The notes under the pieces are model-generated. The model was not told where the DNA came from. It searched no databases and saw only the letters and a list, made by a program, of their open reading frames with translations. Of a stretch of 64,000 bases of DNA, positions 57,292-64,000 are shown piece by piece (within the stretch, counting starts at the first letter, position 1; the number at the start of each line of letters is the position of its first letter). A program made the position numbers and the translations under genes. This DNA is from a virus, in the IMG/VR virus record IMGVR_UViG_3300035681_000001, positions 125,764 to 189,763 of that record; one strand, 5' to 3'.

Positions 57292-57614
57292 AACAACTCT
57301 GGTTGCAAGGGGTTCAGACGCTCCTGACTTTTATACTAAACACAGTTATTGAGGGGCTTAAACTATTCATTAAACTAGGAGAACTAATTGGTCGTGTTTT
57401 TCGCCTTGATAGATTAAGTATTGGAGACTATACACATTACGCAATACTAATCTGGGCAGGTGGCGTGTTGTTAACTTTAGTAGGCTGGGTGGTTAACCTA
57501 GGCAAAGTACTCTTTGCTATTCCACCCCACCTACAAGACGTAACGACTTTGTACGCACTACGAGTGATTGGTATCCCCGCCGTGCCTTTGGGTGCAGCAC
57601 TAGGATTTTTCTAA
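57279..57614 (+). CDS. Membrane protein
   Basis: Hydrophobic C-terminal half. Confidence 0.65.
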   Translation: MLKLKQLWLQGVQTLLTFILNTVIEGLKLFIKLGELIGRVFRLDRLSIGDYTHYAILIWAGGVLLTLVGWVVNLGKVLFAIPPHLQDVTTLYALRVIGIPAVPLGAALGFF

Positions 57615-57616
57615 CC

Positions 57617-58579
57617 ATGACATTTAAGCCAGGAACTTCAGAAGATCGTGCTCTAGGAGCTTTTATTGGTCTAGCTGTAGGAGATGCTTTAGGTGCTGCA
57701 GTTGAGTTTTGCACAAAAGGTAAGTACGAACCTCTAACCGACTACCGAGATGGTGGGCCATTTAACTTGATTGGAGGACAGTGGACTGATGACACCTCAC
57801 AAGCTATTTGCATAGCTGAATGGCTGTTAGGGGACTTTTTATCCGTAGGTAACCTAAGAGACCGTTTTTGTGAATGGCTGTACACAGGTAAAAATTCTTC
57901 TACAGGGGTCGCCTTTGACATCGGTAATGGTACCCGTCAAGTATTAGAACAACACCGTGTTAGGCAAGTAAACCATAGAACCTTAGAAAACTCTGGAGGT
58001 AACAACGCAATTATGCGTTTAGCTCCAGTGGCTCTTCGGTATTACAACAATTTTCGTGAGGCTTTGATTTATGCACGTCAAAGTGGTGAAGCAACCCACA
58101 GTCATAATTCTTCAGTAGACTCCGTAAGCCTACTGATTGCGATACTGATAACAGCTATTCGTGCAGAAGTAGACTTACCTAAGGTCATAGCAGGCTTAGC
58201 TGTAGCAGGTTTACTGCCAGAAGATTCTGAGCTTCGGCTCCAGTTCATGAAACTCGTCCACCAAGGAAGTCTAGCTCCAGACATCATCAACGTTGATGGG
58301 TACTCAATCACTACGTTGTTGGCTGCTACACAATCTTTCCTGAGAACTCACACTTTTGAAGAATGCGTTTTAGACGCTGTCAATAAAGGTGGTGATACTG
58401 ACTCTGTAGGTGCTGTAGCAGGTCAAATAGCCGGTGCTTACTATGGGTACTCTCAAATACCTGAACGGTTCTTGACTAAACTGTGGGATCACAATCGACT
58501 AGTTGGCCTCGGTATCCAGCTAATAAATGAACGTAAATGTTGGACTAAGGCTGATTTCTTGGAGTTTTTCCTGCAATGA
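57617..58579 (+). CDS. ADP-ribosylglycohydrolase (DraG family)
   Basis: GLAVGDALG, QWTDDT, GNNAIMRLAP, ATH, GGDTDS...IAGAYYG. Confidence 0.95.
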   Translation: MTFKPGTSEDRALGAFIGLAVGDALGAAVEFCTKGKYEPLTDYRDGGPFNLIGGQWTDDTSQAICIAEWLLGDFLSVGNLRDRFCEWLYTGKNSSTGVAFDIGNGTRQVLEQHRVRQVNHRTLENSGGNNAIMRLAPVALRYYNNFREALIYARQSGEATHSHNSSVDSVSLLIAILITAIRAEVDLPKVIAGLAVAGLLPEDSELRLQFMKLVHQGSLAPDIINVDGYSITTLLAATQSFLRTHTFEECVLDAVNKGGDTDSVGAVAGQIAGAYYGYSQIPERFLTKLWDHNRLVGLGIQLINERKCWTKADFLEFFLQ

Positions 58580-58908
58580 AATCACACGAAATCTTTCAAC
58601 CACAATGAAAGTACGGCTTAAAACAACTGAATTTACTTTCCCTAGCCTGAAAACTCAAAGGGTTTAAGCGAGAACTTTAAACACTCCTTGAAAGCTCAGA
58701 AACAGTAAAAGCCATTGAAGCTTGGTACGAGTCTTACCGCAGTATTCCAGTGGAAAAGTTTCTAGAGTGCACACCGATCCATGAACATAAAGCCCTAGTA
58801 GAGAGCATAGATGAAAAGCTAAAGATGCTGAATAGTGCTAAAAACTTAATAACTGTTCACCTCCAACTTAAAAGTGATGAAACTGTCTGCCATCAAACCA
58901 CCACCTGA
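58576..58908 (+). pseudogene. Degraded ORF with three in-frame stops
   Basis: TGA 58606, TGA 58648, TAA 58678, then 75 open codons. Confidence 0.4.
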
Positions 58909-59254
58909 ATACGGTTGGATATGCTGTGTGGCCTCTGAAAATAAACGCTGGGCACTGGGAGTGTATCCAGTAATGTTTGGTTATCGAGTAAGAGGCTGCT
59001 TAGTAAACTCCAGTAGTGTTTGTATTGACTACTGTGCAGCAAACCAAACTGACTTTTTAGCAGAGCTCTTTTTGGTACTTCAACTAATACTAGAACAACT
59101 ACCAGAAGACACCACTGAAACAGAAATGTCAAGGCTAATGCCAGGTTATACCACCAGACCTATCAACCAAGATGCTTGTTGGAGTACATTACGTAACCTA
59201 GCAATACAAGACCAAGCACTAGAAAAGTTACACAACTTACGTAAACACTCTTAA
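58874..59254 (+). CDS. Hypothetical protein
   Basis: 126-aa ORF. Confidence 0.7.
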   Translation: MMKLSAIKPPPEYGWICCVASENKRWALGVYPVMFGYRVRGCLVNSSSVCIDYCAANQTDFLAELFLVLQLILEQLPEDTTETEMSRLMPGYTTRPINQDACWSTLRNLAIQDQALEKLHNLRKHS

Positions 59255-59258
59255 TCAC

Positions 59259-59468
59259 ATGACTTACCAGCACCACCAATTAAATGATCAACTAGTCAAA
59301 CTCAAAGATCAAATTCGTGAGCTTTACTCATACATAGCCAGCGAAGCTTTTATACGTTTACCTGAAGAAGAACGTGAGCTGCTAATAATGCAACTAGAGC
59401 AAATGCAGGCTCTATACGAAACGATACAAAAACGAGTGTCAATCCAGTTGAAGTATTTGAAAAACTAG
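59259..59468 (+). CDS. Small helical phage protein (crAss001_48-like pattern)
   Basis: SEAFIRLPEEERELLIMQLEQMQALYETI. Confidence 0.65.
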   Translation: MTYQHHQLNDQLVKLKDQIRELYSYIASEAFIRLPEEERELLIMQLEQMQALYETIQKRVSIQLKYLKN

Positions 59469-59603
59469 GTCGTCCAGAGTAGAATTGGTGTGGAACCACA
59501 CCAGTTAGTCAGCTTAACACGTGCGTACGAGAGCGCCGTTTTTTCAAATAAGCTGCTAAGTACCTTAAACCAACAAATCACAAACCTCACTTACCTCTGA
59601 GTC

Positions 59604-59831
59604 ATGCTAAACAATAGGGTTAGCAGCGGGCGGAATCCTAACTGGCAGCCCACATGCAGTACATGTAACTACCTTATACGTCCAACCGACTGTAGTCACA
59701 ACGGTGGATGGTGCGGGCATCTCCAAAACCGTGTACGTCCTCAGCCGGGTTGGCCTAGTGGCTTTACTCCCAGCGTGTCGAGTACAGGCGGGTGCGACCT
59801 GTTTTCATCACTACTACCACAACCTGTGTAA
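59604..59831 (+). CDS. Small Cys-rich protein
   Basis: CSTC...C...C...C. Confidence 0.55.
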   Translation: MLNNRVSSGRNPNWQPTCSTCNYLIRPTDCSHNGGWCGHLQNRVRPQPGWPSGFTPSVSSTGGCDLFSSLLPQPV

Positions 59832-59909
59832 ACACTTAGGTAAGTACGTGTATCCTATTAACTCAGTATCTCACTACCATACCATAAACCCAATTTACTA
59901 CTCATCCTT

Positions 59910-60182
59910 TTGCAAATCACCTACCTAATCGAAGAAGTACCTGAACTAAGCACCACTCACAGTCCCCTAACAATACCAGAAAACCTATTTGAACAATATG
60001 ACTGGGAAGAAGAACTAGTACGCCAAGCTGCACAGGTTTACTACTTTGGTCAATCAGGCTGGGCTTGTGAGCACGGCTGGCCACTAACTTTTTCAGTGTG
60101 GTGCGACCAAACCACGTTGCTAACTAAACGTATAGTTTTTGTACTAGATGGACAAGACCCACCTGAATTTGATATTACGTAA
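59910..60182 (+). CDS. Hypothetical protein
   Basis: 90-aa ORF with TTG start. Confidence 0.6.
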   Translation: MQITYLIEEVPELSTTHSPLTIPENLFEQYDWEEELVRQAAQVYYFGQSGWACEHGWPLTFSVWCDQTTLLTKRIVFVLDGQDPPEFDIT

Positions 60183-60372
60183 ACCATAAAGGAACTAGTA
60201 TTCTTTACTTAGCGTTCTCAAAGCTTTCATAACCGTTGTGAGGTAAAAACTACTACCCTACTACCCACAACTACAAACCTTAGTTACGCAGACCTTAAAA
60301 CCTTTAACAACAAAATAAAAAAGAAAAGTAAGTAGGGTAAAAACCAAAACCAAAACCAAAACCAACCAGCAA

Positions 60373-60882
60373 ATGGCTCATTTTCACGAACTGTACGTAG
60401 CTAAACTAGTAAACGAAGCTCAACTAAATAAAGATGTAGTAACTCCTGCAGCAAGCTACAAAATTGTGGCTCAAAACATTTTTCAAGACGCTGTAAATAA
60501 CTTAAAAGCATTAGCTGCACAATACCAAAAAGATGTAATTGAGCCTTTTTGTGATGAGTACGAAGTAAGATTTAACGCAGACTACTCATTGTTGTATACA
60601 ACCTACGATTGGCTTGTTTTTATCGACAAAGAATGTACATTAAACCATAAGCTACTTGAATACTTAACAAAAGGTAAAGTAGTAGACCACACAGAATATG
60701 AAGTGTGGGAAAAGTATGCAGAGTTTCTGTATCAACTGCCCCCTAATTTTGAAGTACGGCTGAAGAATATTCTAGAAACCCTAGACTACTTTAACTACCT
60801 GCATGAGCATCATATAACTCTTAATATGAAAAGCTACACAGGTAAAAAACCTACCACCACTAATGAAACCACAAACCCTTAA
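60373..60882 (+). CDS. Hypothetical protein
   Basis: 169-aa ORF after an (AAAACC)n leader. Confidence 0.7.
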   Translation: MAHFHELYVAKLVNEAQLNKDVVTPAASYKIVAQNIFQDAVNNLKALAAQYQKDVIEPFCDEYEVRFNADYSLLYTTYDWLVFIDKECTLNHKLLEYLTKGKVVDHTEYEVWEKYAEFLYQLPPNFEVRLKNILETLDYFNYLHEHHITLNMKSYTGKKPTTTNETTNP

Positions 60883-61282
60883 AAACAGAATCTTCAAGAT
60901 TTTATTCCCCCAACAGTACGTAACTGACAAAGTAAATGAGTCTCTGTGTGCTCTATTACCAGAGCTTATTGAATTTGTACGTAGCGAGCGGACTAAGTTT
61001 ACGTTTAACTTAGGAGATGTAGACTATGAGTACGCAGACGTTTTAGTAACGAAATTAGGAAGCTGCAACCTATCAACAGAAGTAGTATTCAAGTCAGGTA
61101 CAGCTGAAGTAACTGTTTATACTGCCGATCACGGTGATAGCGACGATACTGTGAGCTTGACAGATCTAGGACTTAAGTTGGTAAAACTCAAGAAAGAATT
61201 TGGAATTAATATGAACGACAGTATTTACGAAGGGGTGTGCTTACTCTACTCAACCAAAACAGCTGGTAGCCAATCAAGTTAA
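60863..61282 (+). CDS. Hypothetical protein
   Basis: 139-aa ORF. Confidence 0.65.
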   Translation: MKPQTLKNRIFKILFPQQYVTDKVNESLCALLPELIEFVRSERTKFTFNLGDVDYEYADVLVTKLGSCNLSTEVVFKSGTAEVTVYTADHGDSDDTVSLTDLGLKLVKLKKEFGINMNDSIYEGVCLLYSTKTAGSQSS

Positions 61283-61457
61283 CTGACCGACCATTGAACT
61301 CATCACAAACCCGACGATTTAAACTTGAGTTGGTAAGGGACCTACTGATTGCTGCAGTAGTATTCAGCTGCTTACTAAACCTCAGTAAACCACCTAGTAA
61401 AAAACAGTGCTCTAATCCCAGCACTTACCGCACCACACACGGCCTCAAAGTCCTTAA

Positions 61458-61865
61458 TTGTTTTTAGTCATGCGCAAGTCTATGAATTGGACTGCAGCTA
61501 TTGCAGTAGCAGTAGTAGCAGTAGTAGGTGCATTAATGTTTGTGCTGCCTCAATATGGAGTGTGGCAACAGTCTCTAGAAGGTAAAGCTGAACTACAAAA
61601 AGCCGAGTACACCCGCCAGGTTGCAGTGTTAGAGGCTCAGGCTAGGCTTGATAGCGCTGGTAAGCTAAAAGAAGTTCGTATCAAGGAAGCCGAAGGTATT
61701 GCAGAGTCCAATAAAATCATTGGGGCTAGTTTGAAGGACAACCCGGAGTATTTGACCTTCCTGCAAATTCAGCACATTGCTGAGGGTGCTGCTGCAGGCA
61801 ACAAGACTTATTTCGTAGCCCCTAACCAAGGCGGCCTGCCCGTTCTGACAACACCCTTAGGTTAG
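61458..61865 (+). CDS. Membrane-anchored coiled-coil protein (SPFH C-terminal-like)
   Basis: TM helix, then AELQKAEYTRQVAVLEAQA...EAEGIAESNKIIG. Confidence 0.7.
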   Translation: MFLVMRKSMNWTAAIAVAVVAVVGALMFVLPQYGVWQQSLEGKAELQKAEYTRQVAVLEAQARLDSAGKLKEVRIKEAEGIAESNKIIGASLKDNPEYLTFLQIQHIAEGAAAGNKTYFVAPNQGGLPVLTTPLG

Positions 61866-61923
61866 TAAGAGATTTAAACCCCACTTAAGGTTTAATACTT
61901 ACCAATCACCGCACTAATCTCAA

Positions 61924-62433
61924 ATGTCTACTAACACCACTTTAACCAAAACAGCCACAACTGGTCAAATTCAATCTTTAAGCTCACTACCGCCACTGCC
62001 TTTTCAAATTGACTGGTCTGCAGTTTTTGAGTTGAACCAAGCTGCTGGTTTTGATTATCCGATAACTCAAGAAATCCTTGAAAAAGACCTTAGTTTCTTA
62101 ACACAAGAACAACAAGAAGCAAACTTACTGCACGTAGCTTTGTGGATAAAAAAGGAACCTGAGACCTTTAATATGAAGCAGTGGCACGACACAAGCACTA
62201 ATACGTACCCTGAAACTTTTGAACAAGCGGCTCACTGCAAAACAACACACTGTATAGCTGGCTTTGCCCAAGTAATGAGTGGACCTGCCGCCTTTGAGTT
62301 TTACCCAGGTTTTGTAGGTCAACTAACACTAGGTTGGGAAGCTAGTAGATACTTTTTCGTGCTAATGAGGGAGAGTAACGAAAACGAAGTAGCTCTGAAC
62401 TACTTGCATCAAGTAATCGCTAGGAATTCATGA
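61924..62433 (+). CDS. Hypothetical protein with CKTTHCIAG motif
   Basis: 169-aa ORF. Confidence 0.75.
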   Translation: MSTNTTLTKTATTGQIQSLSSLPPLPFQIDWSAVFELNQAAGFDYPITQEILEKDLSFLTQEQQEANLLHVALWIKKEPETFNMKQWHDTSTNTYPETFEQAAHCKTTHCIAGFAQVMSGPAAFEFYPGFVGQLTLGWEASRYFFVLMRESNENEVALNYLHQVIARNS

Positions 62434-62593
62434 ATTCTGACACTGAAAAGCGGCAGTTAGGTATTGACGCTCTAGCTGCTTTAGAAGCAGAGCCTAAAGA
62501 CGGGGTGATGATCATGATTGATTTGGAGCAGTTCAAAATCATCCAGAGTGCACTAAACGCACTAATTAACACTACAAACCACATTTAAACCCA

Positions 62594-62914
62594 ATGAGCT
62601 TTCAAACTTTAGTCGTAATAAACCACAACCATATCCACCAAGCAAGAAACAATCCTGAACTAGGCAACGAACTGTATAACGCTGTGTGTAGAGCATCCAC
62701 TATAAGTCCTACAGACTTTGGTCGTGGTATGGGTTTAGTTTATCGTCCTAGTCACGCTGATCAATGCTCGCTGCTAGTATTTGGTAATCTACAAGTGCAA
62801 GAACTAACCGCCACTTATGGTTATCCCAACAACCAAGAACTGCAGCTGCGTTTGTTGCGGCTCGCTGCTGATCGTTTAGGCTACCGACTGCACCGCAAAC
62901 CTGAACCTAAATGA
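62594..62914 (+). CDS. Hypothetical protein
   Basis: 106-aa ORF. Confidence 0.7.
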   Translation: MSFQTLVVINHNHIHQARNNPELGNELYNAVCRASTISPTDFGRGMGLVYRPSHADQCSLLVFGNLQVQELTATYGYPNNQELQLRLLRLAADRLGYRLHRKPEPK

Positions 62915-63237
62915 AGTTTACTAAAAACCGAGCTGTAGCTGGTTTAATTACGCTAGTAGGTTTGGTGTTTTTGGTGTTTCCGTTACTAAACCAATCATAC
63001 GAACACTATTTACAAAACCAAGCTTACCATAACGCTCAACAGACCGCAGTAAGCTGCCGGGCTAAACTAGCACTCGAAGTAGTGTCACACCCAGTGTTAT
63101 CCAAAAGCCTAGAACGTTACTTGGATACTAGCTGCGGTGTATTGCCTCAGTACAACAATTTCGTTTACGAACCTACCAACCCGATCTTAACCGTTTACCA
63201 ATGGCTAGCACAGAAAGTAACATTCATCCCGATTTGA
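62911..63237 (+). CDS. Membrane-anchored protein
   Basis: N-terminal TM helix. Confidence 0.65.
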   Translation: MKFTKNRAVAGLITLVGLVFLVFPLLNQSYEHYLQNQAYHNAQQTAVSCRAKLALEVVSHPVLSKSLERYLDTSCGVLPQYNNFVYEPTNPILTVYQWLAQKVTFIPI

Positions 63238-63569
63238 GTCAACTGTCAACAACACAACTAGTAGACAAAATCCAAGAACTCATTGATTCTGGTAAGTACT
63301 ATAAAATTGAATTTAACCTAAGGAATGAGTGCAACGGGCGATGTTACTTGGGGCTAGTATACGAAGCTCTAGTACAACTAGAGCTAGCTAGGTGGGAAAA
63401 TGACCTAGATCATTACCCGTTATTGGGTGATACTTTTCGTAACCTTGGTACTCCTGGTTATTCTGTAAATACGCTTGATAAACTCTGGAAATCAAACGAT
63501 ATAGAAAATAGGACTTACCAACAAACCCACGACCTACTAAAAGCCCTTCTCCTTAACTCACACTCCTAA
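63201..63569 (+). CDS. GRCYLG-family paralogue 1
   Basis: NECNGRCYLGLVYEALVQL. Confidence 0.75.
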   Translation: MASTESNIHPDLSQLSTTQLVDKIQELIDSGKYYKIEFNLRNECNGRCYLGLVYEALVQLELARWENDLDHYPLLGDTFRNLGTPGYSVNTLDKLWKSNDIENRTYQQTHDLLKALLLNSHS

Positions 63570-63575
63570 CTTCAA

Positions 63576-63872
63576 ATGAATCCCAAACTAATCAGCAAAA
63601 TTGAAGAGCTTATTAACTCCAACCAATATGTACAAATCAGACGTAGGCTAAGGGATGAGTGCAACGGGCGTTGTTACTTAGGGCTGGTATATGAAGCTTT
63701 AGTGCAATTAGGTCTAAATAACTGGACTACACCTTGCCGTGATCCATCAATATACGACACGTTGGATCTTATCTTAGGGCGAGAGTTAGTAGACCTACTG
63801 TGGGATGCTAATGATTTTAGAAAGCAAGACTACCTATCTGTACACCGTTTATTGCTGTCTAAGTTAACCTAA
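63576..63872 (+). CDS. GRCYLG-family paralogue 2
   Basis: DECNGRCYLGLVYEALVQL. Confidence 0.75.
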   Translation: MNPKLISKIEELINSNQYVQIRRRLRDECNGRCYLGLVYEALVQLGLNNWTTPCRDPSIYDTLDLILGRELVDLLWDANDFRKQDYLSVHRLLLSKLT

Positions 63873-63876
63873 GTTC

Positions 63877-64000
63877 ATGAGCACTTCGGCGCTACCACAA
63901 GTTTTAGAAGAAGTTCAGAAACTAATTGATTCAGGTGAATACTACCAAATCAAGAGTCAAACCCAAAATCAGTACACTGGTCGTTGTTACCTAGGACTAG
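63877..64000 (+). CDS. GRCYLG-family paralogue 3 (partial, runs off the window)
   Basis: MSTSALPQVLEEVQKLIDSGEYYQIK...TGRCYLGL. Confidence 0.7.
   Translation, partial: MSTSALPQVLEEVQKLIDSGEYYQIKSQTQNQYTGRCYLGL

Noticed and set aside
26449-58680. Stop-codon reassignment (alternative genetic code) to explain the in-frame stops
   Set aside because: The interrupting codons include TAA, TAG and TGA, all three also end intact genes, long ORFs translate under code 11, and neither tRNA is a suppressor.
887-62322. Minus-strand ORFs in the ORF track
   Set aside because: Almost all lie antisense to well-supported + strand genes or mirror low-complexity repeats, and none shows a recognisable domain.
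1-64000. Prophage boundary, integrase or structural module
   Set aside because: No recombinase, att-like repeat at the tRNAs, host housekeeping block or capsid/tail/terminase motif recognised; lifestyle and morphotype cannot be assigned from this window.

Overview
A 64-kb slice of a large dsDNA phage genome. Every credible gene is on the + strand. The host is most likely a picocyanobacterium (Cyanobium/Synechococcus), judged from an nblA homologue and two cyanobacterial-type FGE-sulfatase (CLec-fold) genes. I found no capsid, tail, terminase, DNA polymerase or integrase gene here. The left arm (1-19 kb) has genes separated by near-identical intrinsic terminators. It includes a ~2,280-aa protein carrying both catalytic-barrel motif sets of a two-barrel RNA polymerase (K-x-R-xxx-K, LLKGR...GRRV, NSRAP, DCDGD) fused through a HeH/coiled-coil linker to a complete Pif1/RecD-type helicase; this is the most striking feature. 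The left arm also has nblA, tRNA-Leu(UAG), a probable SSB and a ~1.1-kb repeat-rich non-coding region (possible origin). The right arm (19.6-64 kb) is a dense run of small accessory genes, including RtcB, macrodomain, ADP-ribosylglycohydrolase, metallophosphoesterase, Tmk, a RecE-like nuclease, ATP-grasp, YgiB/YgiC, a solo sigma region 4, a HicA-like gene and tRNA-Leu(UAA). The two FGE genes end in ~70% GC segments that look like DGR variable regions, with no reverse transcriptase or template repeat in the window. About a dozen small genes carry premature stops or +1 homopolymer frameshifts. All calls come from reading motifs by eye; no searches were run.
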